Positions 38,008 through 46,767 of a stretch of 64,000 nt of DNA are shown here, one piece after another. Position 1 is the first letter of the stretch. Each line of letters begins with the position of its first letter. A model generated the notes under the pieces. That model saw only the letters and a list, made by a program, of their open reading frames with translations, searched no databases and was not told the origin of the DNA. The position numbers were made by a program, and so were the translations under genes. Source of the stretch: Oscillospiraceae bacterium (lineage in GTDB: Bacteria > Bacillota > Clostridia > Oscillospirales > Ruminococcaceae); contig JAAWRH010000020.1 in NCBI GenBank assembly GCA_022800935.1, forward strand, positions 507-64,506. The letters run 5' to 3'.

Positions 38008-38489
38008 AAGGACAACCAAGACAGCATCGCATGGACGGCCTGCTGGCCCTTCTGCTGTTCGCCGTTTTTGCGGCCTGCATTCTGGCGGTACTGCTCAGCG
38101 GCGCGGGGGCCTACCGGCGGCTGGTGGACCGGGATCAGGGGGCTTACGACAGCCGCACCTGCATCCAGTACATCGCCACCCGTGTCCGCCAGTCGGATAT
38201 TGCGGGCAGCGTGGAGGTCGTTTCCTTCCAGGGAACCAATGCCCTGGCGCTGGAGGAGTCCACCGGCTATGTCACCCGCGTCTACTGGTACGACGGCTAT
38301 CTCATGGAGCTGTACGCCGCCGCGGACAGCGACCTTGCCCCGGAGGACGGGGTAAAGCTCCTGGAATCGGAGCCCGTGGATTTCTCCCTGGAGGACGGTC
38401 TCCTGACCGTTAAGATTGACGGCGGCAGCGCGGGAAAGGTTCTCTGTCTTTCCCTGCGCACAGAAGAAGGGAGGACGGTACCGGCATGA
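38004..38489 (+). CDS. Small membrane-anchored pilin-like protein 2
   Basis: MKGQPRQHRMDG|LLALLLFAVFAACILAVLL. 4-nt overlap with the neighbouring genes. Confidence 0.5.
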   Translation: MKGQPRQHRMDGLLALLLFAVFAACILAVLLSGAGAYRRLVDRDQGAYDSRTCIQYIATRVRQSDIAGSVEVVSFQGTNALALEESTGYVTRVYWYDGYLMELYAAADSDLAPEDGVKLLESEPVDFSLEDGLLTVKIDGGSAGKVLCLSLRTEEGRTVPA

Positions 38490-38911
38490 AAAGCAAAGCA
38501 CCTCTCCTGCTCATGGAGCAGATGATTATGCTGCTGGTATTCGCCCTTGCTGCGGCGCTCTGCCTGCAATCCTTTACCTATTCCGACCGCCTTTCCCGCC
38601 GGGGGGAGGCCAGGGATACAGCCGCCACCCTGTCCCAAACCGCCGCCGAGACAGTACGCCATCAGGGTGGAACGCCGGAGGAGGCGTTGTCCGCCGCCGC
38701 GGCCGCACTGGGGGGGACCTTTGACGGCGAAGCCCTTAAGGCGGGTTATGACCAGGAAGGAAATCCCGGCGGAGAGGAATTTCTCCTCACCGTCCGCCCT
38801 GTTTCCACCGATGTTCCCGGCCTTGCCAAGGTTTCGGTCCAGGTGGAATGGGGCCGGGAAATTCTGTTTGAAATCGATACCGCTTGGCAGGAGGTGACGG
38901 TGACAGGATGA
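38486..38911 (+). CDS. Small membrane-anchored pilin-like protein 3 (only one with a Glu at a +5-like position)
   Basis: MKSKAP|LLLMEQMIMLLVFALAAALCL. Confidence 0.5.
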   Translation: MKSKAPLLLMEQMIMLLVFALAAALCLQSFTYSDRLSRRGEARDTAATLSQTAAETVRHQGGTPEEALSAAAAALGGTFDGEALKAGYDQEGNPGGEEFLLTVRPVSTDVPGLAKVSVQVEWGREILFEIDTAWQEVTVTG

Positions 38912-39330
38912 GTCAGAATCAGGATAAAAAAGAGCGGTTCTCCGCCCCTGCCACAGGGGGAATCTCCCTGCTGGTGGCCTTTGCGGTGCTGTGTCTGACG
39001 GTATTCGCCCTGCTGGGGCTGTCCACCGTCCGGGCCGACGACCGCTTGGCGGACTCCGCCATCGGCTCTATCGCGGAATACTATGCGGCTGACTGCGACG
39101 CCCAGGAGATTCTGGCCCGTCTGAGGGCCGGAGAACTGCCGGAGGGCGTCAGCGTAGACGGGAATCTGTATTTCTATTCCTGCCCCATTTCGGATACCCG
39201 AAAGCTGGAGGCAGAGGTTATCATAGACGGAACTGCCTTTACCATCCTGCGCTGGCAGGCTGTCCCCGCGACCCCTTGGGAAGCGGATGAAACCCTGGAC
39301 CTGTGGGACGGATCGGGGACCACGTTCTGA
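38908..39330 (+). CDS. Small membrane-anchored pilin-like protein 4
   Basis: MSQNQDKKERFSAPATGG|ISLLVAFAVLCLTVFALLGL. ATGA overlap with the previous gene. Confidence 0.5.
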   Translation: MSQNQDKKERFSAPATGGISLLVAFAVLCLTVFALLGLSTVRADDRLADSAIGSIAEYYAADCDAQEILARLRAGELPEGVSVDGNLYFYSCPISDTRKLEAEVIIDGTAFTILRWQAVPATPWEADETLDLWDGSGTTF

Positions 39331-39348
39331 CGAAAAAGGAGTATACTC

Positions 39349-40407
39349 ATGGCAGAATTATTGGATTACCTAAAGCGTTCGGTGGCCGACGAGGCTTCCG
39401 ACCTGTTTATCATCGCGGGCGGTCCTGTTTGCGAAAAGCTGGAAAAGCGCCTCTGTGCCATCAGCGAGGACCGGCTCTCTCCGGCCCAGACGGAGCAGCT
39501 TATTATGGACATCTACAAAATGGCCACCCGCTCCCCTGACCGGTATCTGGAGCGGGGAGACGACGACTTTTCCCTTTCGGTGCCGGGGCTGGCCCGCTTC
39601 CGCGTCAACGCCTACCGCCAGAGGGGTTCCATGGCGGCAGTGGTCAGGATTGTTGCCTTTGACATTCCGGACTGGAAGGACCTCCAGATTCCCCAGCAGG
39701 TCATTGACCTTTCAGAGGTACACCATGGCCTCATTCTGGTAACGGGCACGGCGGGCAGCGGCAAATCCACCACCCAGGCGTGCATCCTCAACCAGATCAA
39801 CCAAAAGCGGGAATGTCACATCATCACCCTGGAGGACCCCATAGAATATCTGCACCGGAACAACCGCAGCATTGTCAGCCAGCGGGAGATATCCATTGAC
39901 ACAGAAAATTATGCTTCCGCCCTCCGCGCCTGCCTGCGTCAGGCCCCGGACGTCATCCTCCTGGGGGAGATGCGGGACCCGGAGACCATCCACACCGCCA
40001 TGACGGCGGCGGAGACCGGCCATCTGCTGATAGCTACCCTGCACACCAAGGGGGCGGTCAACACCATCGACCGCATTGTTGACACCTTCCCCAGCGGCCA
40101 GCAGGACCAGATACGGGTACAGCTGAGTATGGTACTGCACACGGTGGTATCCCAGCAGCTGCTCCCTGGCACGGACGGCAACCTGTACCCAGCCTTTGAG
40201 CTGATGCACATGAACAGCGCCATCCGCAGCATGATACGGGACAGCAAGACCCATCAGATTGACAACGCCATAGCGGCGGGCAGCGCCGAGGGGATGATAT
40301 CCATGGACCAGTCCATCCTGGCCCTGTACCAAAAGGGAAAGATATCCAAGGACGTGGCCCTTTCCTCTGCCGTCAGCCCGGAGCAGATGAAGCGGAGAAT
40401 GGGTTAA
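39349..40407 (+). CDS. pilT: PilT-type (retraction-class) type IV pilus ATPase
   Basis: 352 aa. Walker A GTAGSGKST, ITLEDPIEYLH, VILLGEMRDPETI, AAETGHLLIATLHT, and the PilT-specific AIRSMIRDSK (AIRNLIRE-like) motif. Confidence 0.88.
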   Translation: MAELLDYLKRSVADEASDLFIIAGGPVCEKLEKRLCAISEDRLSPAQTEQLIMDIYKMATRSPDRYLERGDDDFSLSVPGLARFRVNAYRQRGSMAAVVRIVAFDIPDWKDLQIPQQVIDLSEVHHGLILVTGTAGSGKSTTQACILNQINQKRECHIITLEDPIEYLHRNNRSIVSQREISIDTENYASALRACLRQAPDVILLGEMRDPETIHTAMTAAETGHLLIATLHTKGAVNTIDRIVDTFPSGQQDQIRVQLSMVLHTVVSQQLLPGTDGNLYPAFELMHMNSAIRSMIRDSKTHQIDNAIAAGSAEGMISMDQSILALYQKGKISKDVALSSAVSPEQMKRRMG

Positions 40408-40424
40408 TGCCTACCATAAAAAGC

Positions 40425-40461
40425 ATAACCGAGCGCCGAAAAAGGTGCTCGGTTATTTGTT
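40425..40461. terminator. Terminator between convergent pilT-like gene and the ABC array
   Basis: Stem AACCGAGC / GCTCGGTT with flanking pairs, followed by ATTTGTTT. Confidence 0.65.
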
Positions 40462-40471
40462 TACCATCATA

Positions 40472-41200
40472 TTAGCCTTTTTGTATGCTCAGCCCGCCTT
40501 TTTTCAATTTGTTATTGTCTTTTCCCATCCAAAACATCAAAGCAACAGCCAAAACCAGATACACCGCTCTGGAACCAATAACAATCCCCGGATTGTCCTG
40601 CAACAGCTCCATCGAATGTCTAATCAACGGAAAGCTTATTAAATCCGCGCCGGGGAAGGGAAGGAAGGACGGAACAAAAAGGAGAAAAAGCAGCAGAAAA
40701 AAGTATACAATATCTGTAACAAATATCCGTTTAAAAATCCGGAACATCCCGATATAGATGCCAAACGCCCCGGCCAGCTCCATCCATCCGGTCACCAGGT
40801 AAGATGTCCATACTTCCCCAGGAATTTCAAAAAATTGCATCTGAAGCTCTTTGTTGGCCCACACCCCCAGGGAAAGCCAAAAGCCGCACACCGCCGTCAG
40901 CAGAACCCACAGGGCGATTGCGGGTAAACGCTTTGAGGGACTGTAGATGCAGAACAGACGGTCGTTTAAATCCTGAAAGATTTCGTTTAAACAAATGGGA
41001 ACCAATAGAATCGGTATAAACACCATGGCTGCCTGCTGCTCTGTATACCGGTACATGATATCGTGGAGGGCGTATATCAGCCCCTGGTTGTTGTCCACAA
41101 AGGCCATAACGATGAACACAATAAAAAGCGTCCAAAAATAGATTCTCCTATGTAACAACTGCCTGTGAAACAGCCGTATGAATTTGATAAAGACATTCAC
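40472..41200 (-). CDS. Hypothetical polytopic membrane protein
   Basis: 242 aa, about 6 TM segments. Last gene of a co-directional array with the ABC ATPase. Confidence 0.6.
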   Translation of the reverse strand: MNVFIKFIRLFHRQLLHRRIYFWTLFIVFIVMAFVDNNQGLIYALHDIMYRYTEQQAAMVFIPILLVPICLNEIFQDLNDRLFCIYSPSKRLPAIALWVLLTAVCGFWLSLGVWANKELQMQFFEIPGEVWTSYLVTGWMELAGAFGIYIGMFRIFKRIFVTDIVYFFLLLFLLFVPSFLPFPGADLISFPLIRHSMELLQDNPGIVIGSRAVYLVLAVALMFWMGKDNNKLKKGGLSIQKG

Positions 41201-41204
41201 CGCT

Positions 41205-42545
41205 TTATTCTCCTTTGCCTGACCATATTCTGAAATCCTGATAAATCTCCGGATAGGATTTCTCTATAATGGCCCAAACCTCATCCTCTTCCAGCCTAGC
41301 CTCGTTCACAGCCTCAAATATCTCGCGATACCGTTCCGTCTCATGTTCCAAAAGATAACAGGAAAAAAGCGCAAATTCACTGACCGGGGTATATATGTAA
41401 TCGTTGATAGGCAGCCATCCCTGCTGTGACGCGTACTGAATGATTCTGCCCTCCACAGCGGATTTCATCTGCAATGTGGCCAGATTCATATTTCTCAGCT
41501 GTTCCGACCTGCTGAGCATAACAGAAATGTATCGCTGGCAGACATTTTTCACAAGCTCCGGGTTTTTACTCATTTGTAAGCTGGAGAATACATTAAAGTA
41601 AAAGGTTTCTTTTTCTTGATTCCAGCCTACTATCTCCGGGAAAAAATTTCCCAGTGTACAATAGCTTTTATAGAACCGGAAATCTCCTTGATTGATAGGG
41701 AAGCCATAATGTTCGCATGCCTTTTTCATCGATACCGCTATTTGAGCTAAATATTGTACATCTTCGACGGGAATTTTGCTGCTGTACCATACCGGTTGGC
41801 CGTCTACTGTCATTTCATGATATGTCGTTTGCTGCCGATTGCCGTATACCTCATAACACACCGGCCCCACAGCCACGAATGCCGCCATCAAAAGAGCAAT
41901 CCTTGCCTGTTTTCCCCTCTGACCCTTCCAGACCAGCAGCAAAACCAGGGCAAGGCAGGTTACAAGCAGGTACAGGCTGCTGATGTGAAAACGCCCCATC
42001 TCTATTAACTGTAAATAAGGGGTGAAGTAATGAAAAAATTCCAGTTCCTGTATGTTTGAACCTGAACAATTTACAATCATAAACAGATAATAGCCCAGTA
42101 CGGCCACCAAATCCAGATGGAAATTAGGAATCACCTTCCCCAGCGTAAAGCCCAGCAATATGGCGAAACAGAGATGGAGCAGCCATGTAGGAGCCAGCAG
42201 CAGCGACAGACCGCGGAATATAACCATATGAACCGCAAGAGCCAGAATCGTCCAACAGGTGTCCAAAACCGTTACCGCAAAACAAAGCTTCCACCTTTGC
42301 CAGGCGGACAGGCGGGAAATCTCAAAATAAGCCAGATTCGCCCTGCGCTGATGCAGCGTAACCACCCGCAGCGCCGAAAGCGTAAGATAAAGCATCAAAA
42401 GAAGATGCCCCAAAATGGATATCTTCCAACCGAAGACGCTCATCACAAAGGCAACAGCAATGCAAGAAAGCTGAAGCCAAAACCCTTTGCCTGCAAAATC
42501 CTCCGCATTGCTGATTTTTGCCAATTTTAAAATAAGTACTTTCAT
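41205..42545 (-). CDS. Hypothetical membrane protein with soluble C-terminal domain
   Basis: About 446 aa. N-terminal multi-TM half plus a ~200-aa C-terminal domain. The start MKVLILK overlaps the ATPase stop (ATGA). Confidence 0.6.
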   Translation of the reverse strand: MKVLILKLAKISNAEDFAGKGFWLQLSCIAVAFVMSVFGWKISILGHLLLMLYLTLSALRVVTLHQRRANLAYFEISRLSAWQRWKLCFAVTVLDTCWTILALAVHMVIFRGLSLLLAPTWLLHLCFAILLGFTLGKVIPNFHLDLVAVLGYYLFMIVNCSGSNIQELEFFHYFTPYLQLIEMGRFHISSLYLLVTCLALVLLLVWKGQRGKQARIALLMAAFVAVGPVCYEVYGNRQQTTYHEMTVDGQPVWYSSKIPVEDVQYLAQIAVSMKKACEHYGFPINQGDFRFYKSYCTLGNFFPEIVGWNQEKETFYFNVFSSLQMSKNPELVKNVCQRYISVMLSRSEQLRNMNLATLQMKSAVEGRIIQYASQQGWLPINDYIYTPVSEFALFSCYLLEHETERYREIFEAVNEARLEEDEVWAIIEKSYPEIYQDFRIWSGKGE

Positions 42546-43453
42546 GATTGCTGTTTCCCGCTCATAAACCACAGGTAAGCGTCCTCCAGATTTGGCGTCA
42601 CCGTCCGGAAGCCTGCGCCGCCGTCCGCTCCCTCATCCCCGTAAAAGCGGTATGTAATGTGGTTCTCCCCACGGGAAATGGAGATCAGGCCCTCCAGAAT
42701 CCTCGGCTCCACCGGGGCGTCAACCGGCGCGTCCCAGGTAAAAATCCGCCTTTCCGCCCTCTGGATCAGCCCGCCCACCGGCCCGTTATAGCGGACTGTC
42801 CCTTTTTTCAGGATAATGCAGTGGTCGCAGAGGACGGAGATATCGTCTATAATATGGGTGGAAAGCAGAATCACCTTGTCCTTTGCCACCTGGTTGACCA
42901 CGTTGCGGAAGCGCAGCCGCTCCCTGGGGTCCAGACCCACGGTGGGCTCGTCCATCAGCAGCACTCTGGGGTCGAACATCAGGCTCTGGGCGATGGCCAC
43001 CCGCTGCTTCATGCCGCCGGAAAGCTGCTTTACCTTCATCTGAGTTTGCTCTGTCAGGTTCAGCAGCTCCAGAACCCGCTCTATCTCCTGCCTGCGGACC
43101 CTGGCGGGATAGTCCGTCTTTAAAACCGCCAGATAATCCAGCATTTCAAAGACGGTGATATTCTGAAACAGCGACAGGTTTTGGGGCAGATACCCTAAGC
43201 TCCTGTGCCAGCTCAAACCAGTTTTCGGGTCTTGAATGCTGGAACCGTCCACCAGAATCTCCCCGCTGTCATAGGGCAGGACGGTGGAGAGAATCTGCAT
43301 CAAGGTCGTCTTGCCTGCCCCATTTTCCCCAATCAGCCCGTAAACGCCGGGGGAAAGCTCCAAACGGATATCTGTCAGCGCCTTTTTCGTGTGATAGGAT
43401 TTATTCAAACCCGTTACTGTGATATTCAAACGAATTCCCCTTTCCCGTGCCAT
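42542..43453 (-). CDS. ABC transporter ATP-binding protein (ABC-2 type)
   Basis: Walker A GENGAGKTT, signature LSGGMKQR, Walker B LLMDEPTVGLD. The start is uncertain (ATG at 43453 or 43486). Confidence 0.85.
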   Translation of the reverse strand: MARERGIRLNITVTGLNKSYHTKKALTDIRLELSPGVYGLIGENGAGKTTLMQILSTVLPYDSGEILVDGSSIQDPKTGLSWHRSLGYLPQNLSLFQNITVFEMLDYLAVLKTDYPARVRRQEIERVLELLNLTEQTQMKVKQLSGGMKQRVAIAQSLMFDPRVLLMDEPTVGLDPRERLRFRNVVNQVAKDKVILLSTHIIDDISVLCDHCIILKKGTVRYNGPVGGLIQRAERRIFTWDAPVDAPVEPRILEGLISISRGENHITYRFYGDEGADGGAGFRTVTPNLEDAYLWFMSGKQQS

Positions 43454-43466
43454 CTGAACATCTTTG

Positions 43467-44147
43467 TCACCGCTTTTTCTTAACATTCCTAAGGTGCTCC
43501 CGCTTCACCTTTTCGGAAACCTTGGTTCGAGGCGTCAGCTTTCCGTTGATCTCCCTGATCTCCCCCCTGGTGAGGGAATATTTCGTCCTCCGCCCCGCCT
43601 TTTTCAAAGCCCAGTTCAGTTCATTCAGATGAATCACCCACACGTCATGGCCGTTGACCGCCGAATGCCCCCCGCAGTCCACATCCTTAAACTCCGCCTT
43701 GTCCGAAAAGACAATCACGGAATGGAACATCCCCCGGTCCTTTACCCCCAAGAACTTCATCAGGGAGGCGATATGCCCCTCGTTCTGCCGGATGGGGTTG
43801 TAGAAACTGTTTCTGGTACCGTTGGGCCGGGTCTGCATCCAATACTGGCTTTCAGCAGAGGCGAATATCCACCCGGAGTAAGCCTTATTCTCAAATACAT
43901 AGATGCCGGAGTGGTGCAGCATAATGACGTCCGCCTCGGTGGTGGAGCGGGAGGTGGGGATATACACATTCTGCAACACCTTCCGGTATCCCCCCTGCCG
44001 GAGCAGCCGTCCCGCCAGCTCCTCCTCCCCCTTTCGCCCCGCCTCGTTGATCTTCCGCTGACGGTCCCTGCGCCGGAGGCTTCTCCGAACCACAGCCGCC
44101 AGAATCAACCCCGCAGCGACGGCCAACGCCAGTATGACCAACACCAT
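43467..44147 (-). CDS. NERD domain nuclease-like protein with N-terminal TM anchor
   Basis: GRKGEEELAGRL...VLQNVYIP...TEADVIMLHHSGIYVFENKAYSGWIF...NPIRQNEGHI matches the NERD layout. Start set at MVLVILAL to avoid overlap with the GNAT gene. Confidence 0.7.
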   Translation of the reverse strand: MVLVILALAVAAGLILAAVVRRSLRRRDRQRKINEAGRKGEEELAGRLLRQGGYRKVLQNVYIPTSRSTTEADVIMLHHSGIYVFENKAYSGWIFASAESQYWMQTRPNGTRNSFYNPIRQNEGHIASLMKFLGVKDRGMFHSVIVFSDKAEFKDVDCGGHSAVNGHDVWVIHLNELNWALKKAGRRTKYSLTRGEIREINGKLTPRTKVSEKVKREHLRNVKKKR

Positions 44148-44182
44148 CACAGGACGGGACACGCCCGCCGCCTCCAGGCCCT

Positions 44183-44674
44183 TCAAAGCACCTTCTCCAT
44201 GTGGATATGGGGGCAGAATTCGTCCAGATAGATATCTCCGCTGGCGGTATAGCCGCATTTTTCATAGAAGCCCCTGGCCTGACACTGGGCGGAGAGCCCG
44301 ATTCTCTTTGCGCCGAAGATTTTTGCCTTCTGCTCCAACAGGGCCAAAATCTCCTGTCCCAAATGGAGCTTTCGATACTGGGGGTAGACGGCCACCCGTC
44401 CAATGGTATACATTTCCGGGGAATCCGACGGAAACACCCTCCCGGTCCCGGCGGGACTTCCGTCCAGATAGAGGACCACATGATAGGCGTCCGGGTCAAT
44501 GCTGTCGAATTCAGCATCCCCGTCAAAGCCCTGTTCATCTACAAACACCGCCTTGCGGATGTCATGGGCGTCCACAGGCAGGCCCTTCTGAAATAGATGT
44601 GTATGCTGCAAAATAACGCTTCCCTTCCATAGTTCGTATAGGATAACTATACCCGGAAAGGCGAATTCTGTCAA
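44183..44674 (-). CDS. GNAT family N-acetyltransferase (YjcF-like)
   Basis: IRKAVFVDEQGF...HVVLYLDGSPAGTGRV...IGRVAVYPQYRKLHLGQEIL...GFYEKCGY. Confidence 0.8.
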   Translation of the reverse strand: MTEFAFPGIVILYELWKGSVILQHTHLFQKGLPVDAHDIRKAVFVDEQGFDGDAEFDSIDPDAYHVVLYLDGSPAGTGRVFPSDSPEMYTIGRVAVYPQYRKLHLGQEILALLEQKAKIFGAKRIGLSAQCQARGFYEKCGYTASGDIYLDEFCPHIHMEKVL

Positions 44675-44853
44675 GATGGGGGATTTTCAGTGAAATCCGC
44701 CTCAGCACCCACAGGTTTTCCGGTATCCCATTCCTCCGAAACATAATCGCCGCTGTATCCAGCGAACCGTTCAGCCAGGGAAGGATACTTACGTCTTTTT
44801 TGTTCCGACTCCGAAACCTCTTTCTTAGCAATTATCACTTCTCTATCTTTCAT
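44671..44853 (-). CDS. Short ORF resembling only the C-terminal tail of MazE/AbrB-type antitoxins
   Basis: MKDREVIIAKKEVS...LAERFAGYSGDYVSEEWDTGKPVGAEA matches the ...EIDWG.PVGKE.W tail pattern. No SpoVT/AbrB beta-domain. ATGA overlaps at both ends. Confidence 0.4.
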   Translation of the reverse strand: MKDREVIIAKKEVSESEQKRRKYPSLAERFAGYSGDYVSEEWDTGKPVGAEADFTENPPS

Positions 44854-45503
44854 GCCATCCACCAAGTCCCATCCGCCGCCTGATAGAAATTCCCCACCTC
44901 TTCCGACAGCCTGTTTCCCTCATAATCCCTGATGATTATCTTGTAATAATTCCGATACTGTTCTGTGGCACACTCCTTTTCCTCATCCCAGCCTTCCTCC
45001 AGCCACGCTTCAAAATAGATTCTGCCATCCTCCATAAAAACAACATGCTCATTGCTCTCCATCGGGATGGAGATTTTTTCCGGGTAGTAGCATTCAAAGC
45101 GCTCCTCCTGGCTGATAACGTGTACCGGCTCCCCTATAATGCGCAGGTTATATAAATTGACCTCCTCTGTACTCAGCTCCGTTACCTTCTCCATCAGCTT
45201 TTCCGGAATATAGCGATACAAGGTAATCCTCTTTTCATCATAGTCCCCTTGCAGGAAATAGTAAAAGCCTCCCGCATAAACAGGATCGCTGTATACAACA
45301 TTTCGCTTCTTCGCAAACGGCTTGTATACATTGCCGGATGCAAAGTCAAAAAACAGGATGATCGAGCCTTGGTATCCCCCCGATTTTGACCATTCAATCA
45401 GGTCGTAGAAATCGTTTGTGTCCGAATGGGCAAAGGCCAGCCGCTCCTGACCAAGTATCTTTTCTATATACCTTCCCTCGACTTCTCTGAAACGTCTTAT
45501 CAT
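44850..45503 (-). CDS. Hypothetical protein (AT-richer than neighbours)
   Basis: 217 aa, Tyr/Glu-rich. No family recognised. Confidence 0.6.
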   Translation of the reverse strand: MIRRFREVEGRYIEKILGQERLAFAHSDTNDFYDLIEWSKSGGYQGSIILFFDFASGNVYKPFAKKRNVVYSDPVYAGGFYYFLQGDYDEKRITLYRYIPEKLMEKVTELSTEEVNLYNLRIIGEPVHVISQEERFECYYPEKISIPMESNEHVVFMEDGRIYFEAWLEEGWDEEKECATEQYRNYYKIIIRDYEGNRLSEEVGNFYQAADGTWWMA

Positions 45504-45529
45504 TCCCTTTTCCTCCTCCTTGTGCGGGG

Positions 45530-46735
45530 CTACTCCCCATCCCCCGCCTTAAAATTATAGATGGGCCTTATGATGCTCACGATCTCCGCCGTCGGCCCAA
45601 TATTCTCCACAATATCCGTCATATCCTTATACGCCATGGGACATTCATCCAGCGTATCCCGATTGACCGACGTGGTGTATATCCCCTTCATCTGCTTTTT
45701 GAACTCATTAACCGTAAAAGAACGCTTGGCCTCGCTGCGGCTCATCAGCCGCCCCGCCCCGTGGGGCGCGGAATAATTCCACTCCTCATTCCCCTTCCCC
45801 ACACAAATCAAACTCCCGTCCCGCATGTTAATGGGTATCAACAGCTTCTCCCCTGCCTTGGCGGAAACCGCCCCCTTACGCAGGATCATCGCCTGGGTGT
45901 CAATGTAATTGTGGATGGTGGTGAACCGCTCCGCCGCCCCCAGCTTCATCCCCTTGAGCATTTCGTCCATCATGGCCCTCCGGTTGAGGGCAGCGTACTC
46001 CTGGACAATCTTCATGTCGTGGATGTAATCCTCAAACAGCTTTCCCGAAAGGTAAGCCAGCGTAAAGGGCACATCGGTGAGAACCTGGTTTTTCAGCTTC
46101 TTGATTTCCTTCTGTATCTCCTTCTGCCGCCCCTCGGCCTTCATCTGGTCGATCAGCTCCTGTACCGCGGCCTTATCTGCATGGTTGAGCTGGCGGTATC
46201 CCTCCTCCTGATAGAGCTTCGCCACCTCCACCCCCAGATGTCTGCTGCCTGAGTGGACCACAAGGTAAAGGTTTCCCTCCTCGTCCCTGTCCGCCTCAAT
46301 GAAGTGGTTGCCGCCCCCCAGCGTCCCGACAGAACGCAGGGCCCTCCCGATATTTACCTCCTCCGCACATCTCAGCTGGGAAAGGTCGATCTGGTCGGCG
46401 TACCTGTGGGACTGCTCCCGGATGGAAAAGCCGGAGGGAATCTTCTCATAGATGAGCTTATCCAGCTTCTGGGGCTCCAGATGGTCCTGATAGACCCGCA
46501 CTGTCTCCATCCCACACCCGATATCCACCCCCACCAGGTTGGGGACGACGGTGTCCTTTATGGTCATAGTGGTCCCGATGGTACAGCCCATCCCGGCGTG
46601 GACGTCGGGCATAATCCTGATTCTGCTGTCCTTTGCGAATTCCTGGTCGCAGAGCAGCTGAATCTGCCTCCGGGCGGATTCCTCCAGCCGGGTGGCGTAC
46701 ACCTGAGCGGTGTTGTACTTTCCAATGATTTCCAT
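45530..46735 (-). CDS. rtcB: RNA-splicing ligase RtcB
   Basis: MEIIGKYNTAQVYA...MPDVHAGMGCTIG...GGGNHFIE...HSGSRHLG...APHGAGR. The ORF-track extension to 47041 overlaps the upstream gene and is rejected. Confidence 0.92.
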   Translation of the reverse strand: MEIIGKYNTAQVYATRLEESARRQIQLLCDQEFAKDSRIRIMPDVHAGMGCTIGTTMTIKDTVVPNLVGVDIGCGMETVRVYQDHLEPQKLDKLIYEKIPSGFSIREQSHRYADQIDLSQLRCAEEVNIGRALRSVGTLGGGNHFIEADRDEEGNLYLVVHSGSRHLGVEVAKLYQEEGYRQLNHADKAAVQELIDQMKAEGRQKEIQKEIKKLKNQVLTDVPFTLAYLSGKLFEDYIHDMKIVQEYAALNRRAMMDEMLKGMKLGAAERFTTIHNYIDTQAMILRKGAVSAKAGEKLLIPINMRDGSLICVGKGNEEWNYSAPHGAGRLMSRSEAKRSFTVNEFKKQMKGIYTTSVNRDTLDECPMAYKDMTDIVENIGPTAEIVSIIRPIYNFKAGDGE

Positions 46736-46767
46736 ATGTGAATCCTTTCTGTAAAAGGGCGGCAGAG

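Noticed and set aside
44183-44853. A GNAT-toxin/antitoxin (TacT/AtaT-like) pair formed by the GNAT gene and the upstream antitoxin-tail ORF.
   Set aside because: The GNAT protein looks like the generic YjcF-type acetyltransferase, and the small ORF is MazE-tail-like rather than the RHH/DUF1778 type that partners GNAT toxins.
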